Part shown: one piece after another, positions 11,655 to 24,900 of the stretch | Layout of the letters: each line of letters begins with the position of its first letter | Position numbering within the stretch: the first letter of the stretch is position 1 | Notes under the pieces: model-generated | Told to the model about the DNA's origin: nothing | Database searches by the model: none | The model's input: the letters and a program-made list of their open reading frames with translations, nothing else | DNA from: Paraspadella gotoi | Taxonomy: Eukaryota > Animalia > Chaetognatha | Length of the DNA stretch: 64,000 nt | Direction of reading: 5' to 3' | Assembly: GCA_051294375.1 (NCBI GenBank) | Contig: CM119270.1 | Coordinates: 17,953,710 to 18,017,709 of the forward strand | Program-made: the position numbers and the translations under genes

Positions 11655-11997
11655 TCTCTCTTCTCTTCCTTTGCCTTTTTCTCACTTTTCTCGCCCGTCT
11701 CTCTCTCTGCTCTCTCTCTCTCTCTTTTTTTTCTCTCGCTCTCTCTCCTCTCTCTCTTCTCTCTCTCTCTCTCTCTCTCCTCTCTCTCTTCTCTCTTTGA
11801 TCTCTCCCAATTTTCATCAGTTTTGCATCAAATTTCAAATTTCTTTGCCTTCGTTTTTTCATTTCTTCGATTTCGAAGAAAATCAGAAGAAAAGAAGAAA
11901 AGAAGAAAAGATGATGATGATTTTTCAAAACCTTTTTTAATTGTTCTTAGATTGATTGATGATGATGATTTCTGATGATGATGATTCTGATTGATGA

Positions 11998-12601
11998 GGG
12001 TATGATATAATGATGATGATGATGATGATGATTGATGATGATAAAGACTGATGATAAAGATTCGATGATGATGAAATTATTTATGATTGATGTCATAAAG
12101 TACATGATGGACAGAAGATTATGGATAGATATAATGATGATGATGATTAAGATGATAATAAAGATGATGATGATGAGATGATGTGATGATGATGATGAGA
12201 TGATAATGATTTGCATGATGAGACGCACCGACAACGCCTGAAATACTCCGACGCGGTTTCATTCTCCGAATGCGACCCGCCTCACATTCCGCAATCACGT
12301 CGTCGAGTGCTTTGCAACCCTCAAGTGCCCTTGCAGTTGCTTGTCGGGTGCTTGGCGGGTCTTTTCAATGCAAACGGCTGCTGGGTCCGTCGGGGCCTCG
12401 TGTCGAACGCCCTTCGGGGCATGAAGAAAGGAGCTTTAAAAGAAATAGGAATATAGAGAGAGAGAGAAAGAGAGGAGAGGAGAGAGAGCATCGTGAATTT
12501 TATTGTTTCTTTTTTCTTTTATTTATTTTCTATAAAAATAGGGCAAAAAAAGACTGAATTGAAGAGGATTTTCTCTCTTCTTCTTCTTCTCTCAATTCTC
12601 T

Positions 12602-12649
<48 letters not shown>

Positions 12650-12778
12650 TCTTCTCTCTCTCCTCTGTCTGTTCTGTCTGTCTTCAATTTTAACTCTTAC
12701 TCAATCTTGTTAACAAAGTAACAAGACATTTCGCAAAGCCATCCGAGAAAATGAACTTCTATAATGGTAATCAAACTC

Positions 12779-12861
<83 letters not shown>

Positions 12862-13085
12862 CCCATCCGCANNNNNNNNNNNNNNNNNNNNNNNNNAAAA
12901 AACAAATATAAATTTTTCCCATCGCAGATATTTTTAGTGTAATCGAGTTATATTACTAACCCTTTCGCTCACATTCCCTTCGAAAAGAAACTAAACCGTA
13001 TATAAACTGTATAGCGTTTTAGTAAATATATATTTATATACACACGTCGCTACAATAAAGACAAAATGTACCGACGCCACCGACA

Positions 13086-13117
<32 letters not shown>

Positions 13118-13984
13118 AATGTCCGCCCGTCGTCAACTTCGAAATCATTCCAAGAAATAATCAACGTCGAGATGTACTCCTTCCTCAATCAAGCGCCCGA
13201 TTAGTTGAAAATGAACTTCAGATGAGCGCATGTATCAAAAGTGTAAAACGGTCAGGATTGTATTTTAATTAAGAAACACTATGAACTTACCAACTTGGTC
13301 GAGCGCTCAGAGACAAAAGGGTCTTAACGTCTTCGCAAGAGCGCTCAGGGTCGGAGACGGCTGAGGGAATCCATACTGACCCAATGTGACTCTAAACAAA
13401 CTCTAGCCCAATTTATCCTCGCCCAATCGGTCCGACCATGGTAGCGTCCAAGGCCAAACACGAGCGCGACGTGGCGGCGCTACGCAAAAGGACAGCGCAG
13501 CGGCGGCGTTCTTGCGCGGGGCTGCACCGCATGATACGCATGTACATCAGCCACGGGTGAGAGAGAAAAATGAAGCGGAACTTACCATCTTAATATTATT
13601 AATTCTTAAAGTAATTTAGTTCTAGGTAGCTTGTGAAACATTATATTAATTTTTCTATCTATTTAAAAAAATGAAAATTTAATTATCATTAAATATAATT
13701 TATTTCAGTATTTAATACGATTTTTTTTTCCTTTATGAAAATTTCAAAGTTTAATGAGTAATTTGAATATGAGAACGATTTAATCTAATCTGGCAATCTA
13801 AGTAAATTAATACTAAAGAATTAAAAAAATACACAAATAAAAAATAAAAAATGGTTCCGCATATTTTTTTCTCTTCTTCTCTACTCTTTGTTTTTCCTAC
13901 TTTCTTCTCTTTGCTATCCTTTCTTTTTTTCTTACCTTTCATTTCTTTCTTTTCTTTTTTTCTTTTCTTTTCTTTTCTTTTCTT
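11998..13984 (-). repeat. Inverted copy of ~8270-10272
   Basis: 11998-12871 matches the reverse complement of 9399-10272 with no difference seen (mirror ORF coordinates sum to 22270). After the gap, 12897-13984 is an indel-rich reverse complement of ~8270-9398. Confidence 0.95.
12872..12896. other. Assembly gap, 25 N
   Basis: 25 N counted. Confidence 1.
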
Positions 13985-14009
13985 NNNNNNNNNNNNNNNN
14001 NNNNNNNNN
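13985..14009. other. Assembly gap, 25 N
   Basis: 25 N counted. Confidence 1.
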
Positions 14010-14355
14010 ACACCAGGGAGCTCCAGAACGAGCAAACGAGCAAGAGAGAGACGAGGACGGGGCCGAGACGAGAGACAGAGAGGCAGGACGCCCACTATAA
14101 CACAGGGGCGCATGTGTATTTACCCACATCTTTCTTAATCTTTGTGACGTGCAAACAAAGGAGTTCTAAGACAAATAACGGTGGGGGCCATTACCCAAGG
14201 CAGAGGTAACCGGCTGACGTTCCATGAAGGCATATTCCGATAGGACAAGTTGCCTCCGCACTCTTTACGTTTATTACTACACATAGTCATCGGCTCATTA
14301 TTGACGTACTGGTCTTCGATGATTCGTTGTCGTAATCTGTTTCATCTGAAAGGAA

Positions 14356-14441
14356 GTACCCAATACCAACATACCCAAATGGCCAAATACCACAACTTCC
14401 AAATACCCAAATACCAATACCCCCAAATACCCAAATACTCA
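14356..14441 (+). repeat. 8-bp minisatellite (AAATACCC)n / (GGGTATTT)n
   Basis: Cleanest at 59981-60071 (gtatttgggtatttgggtattttggtatttggg...); also at 31495-31580. Confidence 0.85.
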
Positions 14442-17400
14442 ACATACCTTACGTCTTAACTTTGAATCATACAATTATACCATTTCTTTTTCGGGGACCA
14501 CAGAGACCCGACAAGTATTCGTTTTCTAATCCGTCGGAAAGAAAAAAAACGAAAGAAGCAACGCGTGATATGCTATTAATTACCAACATCTGTACAAAAT
14601 TACCACATGAAACAAAAAAGAAAATAAAACTGAAATTGCGAGCGCCAATCTGCGTTGCCGCGAAGGGAAAAAGCACTGATCGATCCTGGTGTTTGTGTTG
14701 TGGCTCTTGTTTTTATTTGCTTCTCGCCTTTGGTATTTTTATATTTTGGTATTCGTTCGCATGCGTTTGTCTGGATAACAAGAGAGAGAGTCAGAAAATC
14801 CGACAATATCAAATAAGATTTTTTTTTAAATAAAATCTATTGTCTTACAATGCGATTTTAATGGTCTTCCATTGGGTGGCGTGGAGAGACTGGTAAGAAG
14901 ACTGATTAAGTTGTATTTTTATCTAAAAAATAAAACCATTGTTTTTAGGTTTATAGTTTAGCACTGATAATATCAGTGCAGAGGCTCTGAAGGTTGGTAT
15001 AAGAAGGATGAACTTTCAAATAAGTCAAGGTTTGGCTCACTTCCTTTTGGTTTACCACCATGAAATACACGTAAAACGGAACGTTTTTTATAAAAACCAC
15101 CTATCGTTTTTTTCCTTTTTTTTTCGATATAATCAATCTTGTTTAAAATCGAAAAAATAAAAAAAATTCGCTTTTTATCCCCACTAAGAACCCTTACTAC
15201 CAAGGCAAATGATTCTTTGTTCGTTATTATTTGATTTTTTGAAAATATCATATTATTCCAATCTTTATCATCTTTATTTCTACTTCTACTACACTATTTT
15301 TCAATCATGCACCGCAGCTTCTTCGGTCCTTATGATCAAGCTGTATGACGAGGATCGACGAGAACTATTTAAAAAAAAAAATCGGCTAAGCAAAATGTCA
15401 CGCTGAGCGCAGATCAAAACGAGACTTTTTTGGGAAGACATTTTTGTTAGTTACGCAGCCAAGCGAACCCAGTGCCACCAGCCGAATATCGTATAAAGGA
15501 AAATCAAAAAAAGGACAAAAAGCCGCGATCTATCCACTTTTCCTGTACGGAACAGACACGCGCGGCTTCTCCTCGGGAGAAAACAACGAGGAACATCGGA
15601 TTCGTCAAATCGTTAACTCGAGACTTGTTTATCGTATTACATGTAGCGGAAATTAGTATGTTTTTTTTTTCGATATTATTTCGTTATTATCGTGATAAAT
15701 ACTTAAATTGTCACATTAGACCTCAAACCTAAAAAAAATCATCAGAAAAAAATGAAAACCTAACGAAAAATACTTTAAGCTCATTATTATTCTCTCACTT
15801 TCCAAAATCACGTGATTGATTTTATTCACTGCGTTCACACTTCATATCTTTCCGGACACCGATTGAGTCCGCGACATGTTCAACAATAATTCTCCATCTG
15901 CGCCCAGCGCAATGAATCCACAGAGAAAAACCTACGAAAGAAAAAAGTTAAGTAGAAAGAAAAAGCTGAATTAACTCAACAAGGCTTTTTGCTAGAATAC
16001 AGCTCGTTCGTAAATTGAGTGTGAAAAATTCAATGTGAAAAAATAATAGTAAATATTAATAATATACATGAAGGGAAAAAAATGGTAACCGAATACCAAA
16101 TGGTATATATACACCTATTCGTCTATATATTTATCCATTCAAACTGCAAAAAAGGCAGTAAAATGTGTGTGAGACAAAAAAAAAAGCAAACACCTCACCA
16201 TGTGAGCGATTCCTCTCTTTTTTGCTTGAAATGAAGTAAACACAAAATAAAGAACCCGCAAATATATATAAAGACGAGATGCGTGCGAAACAAATACCTG
16301 GTGTGCGTGTGATTGTGGCGTCGAATGTGCCAGCGCTGCTTGTGAGAGCGTGGCCTCAGCGTGACCGTCGCCCTCACGAATTCCTTTCGTTTCAATTCCA
16401 CTCTTTTTTTCCTCGTTTTTTTTTTGTGTGTGTATGAGTTTCTTTTTTTTATCTCCATACTCTGTATCTTTTTCTAAACTCTGTGACTATTATGAACTTC
16501 TTGGTATAGATCTGCTCTCTCTTCCTCAGGTTTTTTTTTCTCTTGTTGTTTCGCTTTTGACCTTTTTGTTTTGTTATTTTCAAATCGCGACAACAGGGCC
16601 GGAACAAAGGGGCGAGCTTAATGTGCAGGCTTACGTTTCCTATTTTTCCATCTCGACTTCGGTCCAAAATTTTTTTGTTTTCGGCTTCCTTTTTTTTTCT
16701 CAAACCTGCGATCGACTCTCTGATTCGGACTTAACGGCGGCAACTGTTCGCAAAAACACATACTGACAAACTCTTCCCGGTTACGCACACTCATATACAC
16801 CATATTCAGAAACTTTGAAATGACTCTTACTTTCCTCGTCTCTCATTTAGAAACTTTGGTCTCTCTTCATAAAAAACCGCGTTTGCAGGATCGACGCTCA
16901 CAAAGTCGATATCTCAGCGGAGACCACAAACTAAAAAAAGAATATCCCATCGGTGGATACTAACAGTTTTTCCTCTTGTTAAAACCTTCCACTCTCTCTA
17001 TTTTCTTTTTATTATTAGAAAATAAAAAACTGAAGTTAAATCGCGTTTACTAAATCTACTCAATCTTCTAGTTTCTAAATATATGTATATATATATATAC
17101 GCAGATATAATGTTACAGTCAGAGAGTGAGAGGGAGCCGTTTTTTTCCCTCCCACTAAACATCAAAAATAAAAAAAACAGTTTGAGCGGCTCAAACGGGA
17201 AGGCGAAAAGAGCTCCTCTAGTGGACATCCAACAAAATAACGTGTTCGGACGAAATTCTAAAGGGGAAAAAAGGGCCAACGAAAAAGGGGGGGAACTTTT
17301 AGTCTAGTTTTATTTTAAGGGCCGCACATACTTATAACTTTTCCGCGTTAGTCTTTATATCAATTATGATATATTGTCGTGAGTAGAAAAACAAGAACGC

Positions 17401-20400
17401 ACCAGGAGATGAAAATATGATGGCGAGGACTGCGTCATAAAAAAAACCATTCCTTTTAGAAAAAAGATATTTTCGAAAAAAAATTAAGGAAATTTGGATT
17501 TTGGGTTTTTTCCCATTTTTTTAATTAAAAAGAATTTAAAAAAGGGTTTTGGAATCGCCATGTTATGTATTAGCCTAATCGTACTTGGAAATGAAAACAG
17601 GGGGGAAAGGAGTATTTGTTATAAACTCCCGCGATTGCCTCATCGTCCTTTTAAACATTCTTTGATAATTTTACAAACAATCTCTCTCAGACTAATCATT
17701 CTTCTATTCATCACTCGTGACACGTTTTCAAATTATCATTCTTAGACTTATAAGTTATAAAATACACCTCCCATATTGTGTTACGAAACAAATAAACCTA
17801 TTAAGCATCCCTTAAGTTAAGTAGATGAGACGACGCTATCGAATCTCACTGGTGCTCCACAAGGATTGTGTTTTTTTGATTTTATTTTTTAATTTTTATA
17901 TTAACCATATAGAAAATATGTTAACAAATATTTGAAAATACAAAAAAACTACATTATAAAAATCCCTTGGCGTTACCCTGTACCTAGTCTCTTTTTCTTT
18001 CTTTCCCGAGATGAAATTCTCCTTAACCCAACCCAGGGGCATCTTCCTTTTTTTTTATTCAGGTACGTATTCTGGATTGAACTCAGGCACATATAAAGAT
18101 GTAAGCGAATCTAGGTATAGGCGACAACACTTTGGCCAAGTGTAAAACTAAACTCATGGTAATACTGAAAGATAAAAAAATAGATAACTAATCGGAAAAT
18201 TTTGAACAATAACTGACAAGTCAAGAAAAGGCTGCAGTAAAGGAATGACTACAGCTCCATACAATTGCTTTTATTATTTCTAATCCCGAGTTAAAAAAGT
18301 TCTTTTACATACCTTTTTTTTGGAAAAGAAGAACTTATTAACTCGGACGCAACTTTTATTTTAAGCATAATTAAGCTCTTATTTAATCCATTATAGTGCT
18401 ATTCTTTATGTTTTTGGGGCAAGTCGCGGAAAGGTTCTGCAACTGTACGGTATCCGACTACTAACTGCAATTGTTGAAGCAGCAATACAATATACTAGTG
18501 TATGAGAATAACATTACTGGTGAATTTATTTTCTTTCTCAACAACTGATTAGGTGCCGCGAACATACTGGGAAATCCAGAGAAAGCAGGTCATGACCGAA
18601 TCTCTCTCTTTTTTTTTATTATTATTATTCTTCTGACAGAAATGTCAAGAATTTTGTTTCATCTGGATTTTTTTGGTTTTTCGAAAAAAAACTTGAGGAA
18701 AACTATTTTATCGGGTTTAAAACTTTCTACGCCCTACTACATTATTGACACGAGATTACTAAAAAAAATCTAACAAATATTAGAAAACAAAAAGAAACAT
18801 TAATTTAGTTTTTTTGCAAAAAATCTGACAAATGGAATCGCGACTAGTAAGAGTTCACTGGTTTTGCAGCGATCGCTTCCAAAAAGACAATGCTGCAAAT
18901 TTTGAACAATAATCTTCGAGCATTTTTTTTTCCTTTTTGGACGAAAAAAAACTAAGAAAACCTTAAAGTACCGAATGAGAGAGAGAGAGAGAGTCACGTG
19001 CAGAGGGAACAAAAAAAATAGTAAATTCTGTGAAAAAAAAAAGAAAATAAAAGAAACATAGATATTCCAAGCTTTGAAAAACCAATCAGGCGACGACACT
19101 CGTACATTTAGTTTTTTTGTTTGTTTTTTTTTGATGGGATATTTCTTTGTTTGTTCTTTTTATTTTTTGCTCTTTTTTTATGTCTTATCTTTACAACGTT
19201 CGTATTTTTTTTTTAAACATCAACGCGTTAGATTATTTACACGAGAAAAACAATTTTCTTCAGTGTTTCAGGGATTGTGTGGTTTAGTTTTTTTTTTTTT
19301 TAAAGATACAATGATGAAAGTCAACACGTTGCTGAACATATCTTGGACGTAAAACAAAATTAACACAGATGATTTTTCCCTCTAACGGGTGTGAATAAGT
19401 CCATGAGACTTTGGAGACAAAGCTTTTACAAAACAAGCGCTTCCAAATTATTAGTAAAAAACTATGGATCCCCGTCTTTTTTTTCATTTTTTTGAATCGA
19501 TGGTGGAAACTAAAGAGTTAGATTTTGAAGTCAACTAAGAAAATTATACAGACTTATGAAAAGCTGTTTTTTCCGTTTTGGCCACTGAAATGTTTCTGTA
19601 CGTGATCAAAGAAAACTCGTTTTGTTATTTTGCAAGATACCAAAAAAAAGGGGGGTAAATAAACGACATTAGTTAAAAGTTACTTCTGAAAAAAGAGAAA
19701 ATACATCTGAACAAAAAACAATGTACATATATGTTTTTCGGGATCCATTCGTTAAATCTTGTATCTGTTTCAAATAACCGAGATGGGTTAATGCACTTTT
19801 ACTCGGATATCCAGCGTATATGCAGGCGTCACGTTTTTTTGTTTTTTTTTTTAGTCTCGTCTCCACCCTTCTTGAAACCCAGAAAATTTCCTACATCTAC
19901 AAACTCTAACAGTTGATATATACAAAACTCATCTAAATTAAAAAAATACTACTGTGCAAGAGCTAGCCAAAATCAAAGAAGCAGCTCCTTCGACTCACTG
20001 CGAGAAACAAGCTGCAGGTCGCACAATTTCATTTATACATATTAATTTACTTTGACGTAACAATTTCAAGACCATATGTTGTATTGGAGAAGAAATGGGA
20101 ACTGAAACGAATTAGTAAAACACCGAAAAAATTCTAAGGACAATTGAATACTGCCGTCCGGCAACGAAATTATCTCTAATGGGCATTTTTTTTTTTTAAA
20201 TAAAAATGATTCATGGAATGCGTGTAAGGAACATAAAATGCAGTTAAAAGGTGTTTATCAAATGCTATCTCATGGATTGAGGCTAACGTGGAATTAGGTG
20301 ACCGTTCTTGTCGTGAAAGAAACATTCGGCTCCGAAAAACCCCGGAGAAGGGCGCGACGAAGCGACATAAATAGGCAAACAAAAAAAAAAATTTAAAAGG

Positions 20401-21949
20401 AAAACAAATGAAACATTCGGAGGTCGGAGTCCGAGCTCGTTCGGAAATCGACAGTCCACGAACTCCGATTCAAAAAAACGACGACCGCTGAAAAAAGTCG
20501 TTTCTTATGCACAATTACAATCGCGATCAATCTTTCACAGACTCTAATGAATGTTGTGAACTTAGTTACAAAATAACTATGACGGAGACTACTTTGTTTT
20601 TTTTTGTTTTTTTGTTTATTTTTTCCTTTAGATTCTTAATTCGGGAGGGAGAGAATGTTTACAGGATAAAGGAAAACATTCTCGTGTTTTCTTAGTATTT
20701 CTTCTTTTTTTGGTTTTTTTTTTCCTAATGATTATCTACCTACTTATGTTATGTTTTTGTTTTTTTACTGTTAAGAATGAATATCCGTGACAACGATACT
20801 ACAAATGAAAAGGTCATTACTTGTTCGTTTAAAAGCAGGAAATAGGCAATGTTCGTAATTGGATATTTTTTTGCGATCGACAAACTCCGTGGTCGATATG
20901 TTTTTTTTGTTTTTTGTTTGTTCTTTTTGTTTTTTTTCACCGCTTCACCTTGAAGATATTCATTTGCCGCCAATATAGTTAGTTTTCTAAACTACTTTAC
21001 TACACTTTCGAGCCCAATAGTTAGGATCAGCTTCAATGATAGTTTTTCTTTAACGGCTTTCCCACTTTAGGATAATATTAAACATTCTACCTCTCTCCCG
21101 CATCACTTTAAAACTAATACCTTTCCACTCAGCACAAGTTACGAAAGAAAGTTCCGTAACAAATAACATTAAAAGAACTTACATCGTTTTACAGTATCGA
21201 TGAGAAATATCTTATGAGTTCAATGTATATCAACAAAGTGAAATCGTAAACCTAAAATTGAACTGCAGAATACATTGTAACTTATACTAAACTTTACAGC
21301 CACGCTGAAAAACTATTAAAAAAAAACATTTTTTTTGCCCTTAAATTAATTTAAAATTTAATTTATTAGTATGTTTTTTTTCTCTACAGGGTGTCGAGAG
21401 AAAAAACAAGAACAGACTGTAATCGCCGCAAGTTAAAACATCTTCTTTCGACTTACGATTACAATATCACTTTAACAATGTACTTAAAAGATACAGCTTA
21501 ACAATAGTAAAATTCAGCTATGCGAGGCAATTTGAATTAGTCCTTATCAGATAATGCAGATTTAATCTAACTTTGGGGAATTTGCGAAATATGTCATTCA
21601 TTCTATAATGGCAACTGATTGTGATTTTTCAAAAAAAAAAGTATGCCTTCATTATGCAAGAACAAGTTTTTTTTTCCTTTCTCTTTCTTACTAGCTAAAA
21701 TGTGGCTAATAATTAAAACGATATGGACTTAGGCGCAACAAGCAAATAATTAGTGACACCCGCGCTCACGCTGATTTTAACATTAAACTTTGTATCCTGC
21801 ACCAATGAAGTCAACACATTTTTTTTTTGTGTCGGTTTTTTAAAAATTCAAACAGGTTATAAATGGCATACTTGGTGGATGATGATTTTTGTTGTTGTTG
21901 TGTTTGTTGTGATTGTTAGGTAGCTCTTGTTTTCTTATTTATATCCCGT

Positions 21950-24900
21950 CCTTTGTAGTTTCAAATCAGGTCTCTCCGAGAAAAGCACCTTGGAAAGAGA
22001 TTTTAAAAATACTCACCCTCACTAATTGCTGTTGTTGTTGTTATCCTCCGCGCGTTTCGGAAGCTCGAGAAAAAATTTTAATAAAAACGTCCGCGAGGAG
22101 AGATGTAACATTTTTTTTTTTTGTCTAACAAGAAAGAGATATTTATAAATATATGTAATAACTATTCACGGTTCCCAATTTTGGGAAGATGGAGAAATTT
22201 TTTTGGTCAGCCTCTGCTTTTTTGAATCTGCGTCCAAACACTTCTTCAGTGAAGGTCAACCCTTGTTGGGAGAGAGGGGGAATGGGAGAAAGATTTTCAT
22301 TATACAATTTTTTTATAGTTAACGAATAATGCGACAATATATTTAAAACAAAAAACGTCATTGTACCTTGTCTTACCATCTCAAGGCCATTGCGACTTAT
22401 CATTAATCTGTAATCTGTAGTAAGGTTTTGTGAATTGTTTGTTCACTGAAAGAAGAGAAAAAGAAAAAAGAAAAAAAAATATTTTAAATTGGTGACTCGT
22501 TTCAACCTTGAGTTTTAGCGTTTTTTCCCTTAACGAGATTTATAGTGAATACTTCTCTAGAAAATAACAATTATAAAACAAAAAAATTTGATTTGTTTCC
22601 TTGACTTGACTGACCCTACAACTGCAATCTTCATGCAATTGAATAAAAGGTAAGGTCGACCATGCAAACATTACCACATTTTACTTACCTAGGAGATCTT
22701 GGGGTACCTTAAAGACGGATGTGGTTAAGGAAGGAAAAATGAAAGTAGAAAATATTGAAGTGAAGTTTAATGAGCCTAAACACCTGTTATTTAACTTTGC
22801 AACAAAAAGTAATAATCGTCAATTGAAAACAAAATCTCGTGTGTTTAGTTAAACGGTAGAAAAATTTTAAAAACTTTTGCCACAAATAAACAAAGAATAA
22901 ACACTGGCCAATGTCCTTGCATTTGTCTTTAAAATATATTTTGTTCATACATCGTTTTTTTTAAAATATTTATTCCTTATCATTAATAAGCTACAAAAAT
23001 AAAGTCATTAGCATAGCAATCACTTTCATGATTCATGACTTTCCGATTCGATCTCTTGAACGTCTAGAATTAGTCCGTGAAATACTAACGCAACGTCTAA
23101 ATGATTGTCTTGTGAAAGAAACACTATGCCAAAGTTAACAAAATCTATAAATCAATTTGCCATTGAAAACTTATATGTTTAGCATCATCAATAAAAGACA
23201 CTACAATAAATCATTAAATGTATTGAAACGTTCTCTCTTCTATCTCTCCTCTACTCTTGGGTCTTCTTTGAGGTTCCCCTGGCGTGAGAAAGACAAGGTA
23301 GATGAGGAGGATCACGATGCCGACAAGTCCGACCAAGAAGAGGAAAATGAGGAGTTCTCTTGCGTCGAATCAGGCAACCACTGTGGTTAAGGGGAGAAGG
23401 TGGTTTAAGGGTGGGGTGGTTATGGGGTAAATTAAAAAAATTAGTGGGGAAAAAGAGATGGAGTCAACCCAAGCAATCGCAATCGTCTCTTTGATTCAGT
23501 TAAATATTTTTGGACACAAGTTTTATATTTTTTCAGTTTTGACAATTTGATAACTCGGTTCTTCAAATTCTTCTGAAATGTAGTACCAATAAATTTAAAT
23601 TCTAATGATTAATTCTTGTGTATTAATTTCAACCTACATTATCTGATATAACTTATTAGGAGTTTTCTGAGTGACAAAATAACATCCAAGTATTGCACTT
23701 ATACTGCATAGTATAGCCTGCAAAGAAATTGAGCTCTCAGTAAAATGAGCTGATGATTTAGAAACTAACAACTTAAAAAAATTTATACTTACTTTACCCT
23801 ACTCCCATCGAGTCTACCACGCACCCGTTCTCTGCACCTAAACTACCCAATCCACCATATCCCCTCTCCTCTCCCAAAACCTTATAATTCAAAGCCACAC
23901 CCTAAAAAGCCCTTACCTGGGAAGGCGGCTTCCCCGACACGTCCCATATTTGTGATCCTCCTTCTCGTCCCTCCAACACCAAACATCGTAGTGACTTCTT
24001 TGTGGGACTTTGGGAGTGGTTGGGGGTGTGAGGTGGTTGCTGACATGCTGAACCGGGGGTGGTGACAGAAGGCGCCGTGCTCCATAAGGGTGCCGCCCCA
24101 CCAGGGTCTCCAGCCCTCCGGCTCTATGCCCCTCCTCGTCGGTACAGGGTGACCGCCGATCGGGGCGATGGCCGCGACTCGGGGAGGAACCTAGGCGGGG
24201 GGAGGGTAAGAAAAGGGGGGGGGGAGATGATGTGGGGAACGGAGGGAGAGAAATGGAGCCGGGTTGGGTAGTTGGGGAGGATTTAAATGGAAGAAGAATT
24301 GAGGGCGCAACGGTGGTGAAGTTTGAAAATGGGATAAAGATGGAAAAGTCAAGAGATAGACATGTGTCAAAGAAGTGTGTGAAAATAAAGAGAAAAATAA
24401 TATCAGAGAAAAAAAAATTTTAAAAAAACATGGGAAGTGAAGTAGATAAAGGAAAAGAAAAGGGAAAAAAAGAGGAAAAGAGTCGGATGGCGTGTGGCGT
24501 CGATGCAGAAAAATAAAGATGGTGGATGACAGAGAATGAAGCCGGGTGAGGAAAGTAGTCGTGAGATCGATGAGGGTAAGGGAGGGAAGAAAGGGGGAAA
24601 AAAGAAAAAACGCTTGAGTTTCCTTTTTTTTAATGTTTAAGATTCAGGGATCTTTGTATTAGAATCGGGAAATGAAAGCAATAGTAAAAAAGAAAAGAGT
24701 TTAAATATGTCCCGGATTATCGCGAGATTAAAAATGAGATAATCGAAATATAGTAGTAAACGAACATAGATCTAATTATAATTATATAAGAAGTTTTAAA
24801 GAGAGAAATGTAAAAAAATTATTCATATTTAATTGTGTGTGAAAAGGGAAGTGTATTGAAGCAGAAAAAATCAAAAGATGGTTGTAAAGTATTATGGTCA

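Noticed and set aside
10036-12234. Poly-His, poly-Ile, SLSL and ERER ORFs
   Set aside because: They are translations of (CAT)n and (CT/GA)n microsatellites.
17208-17228. CTCF-like site (TGTCCACTAGAGGAGCTC on the minus strand)
   Set aside because: The 5' half matches but the GGC/GGGA core is one base off in all copies; one weak match is not enough.
18045-18068. Recursive-splice-like motif (poly-T..CAG|GTACGT) on the + strand
   Set aside because: No plus-strand host gene could be reconstructed, and such motifs occur by chance in T-rich DNA.
20320-20500. Short direct and inverted repeats (aacattcgg.ctccga / attcggagtcggagtccga / actccga) suggesting a MITE or CRISPR-like array
   Set aside because: Only two or three short irregular units, with no constant spacing, target-site duplication or cas genes; the context is eukaryotic.
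14010-21750. Short ORFs in the 3' flank (repeated identically at 31149-35569)
   Set aside because: K/F-biased translations of A/T runs with no consistent splice-phase chain; the identity between copies reflects duplicated assembly sequence, not conservation.
23950-24035. TPPTTPK motif suggesting SoxE or KSR homology
   Set aside because: No HMG box or kinase domain nearby, and the motif is followed by a TM exon.
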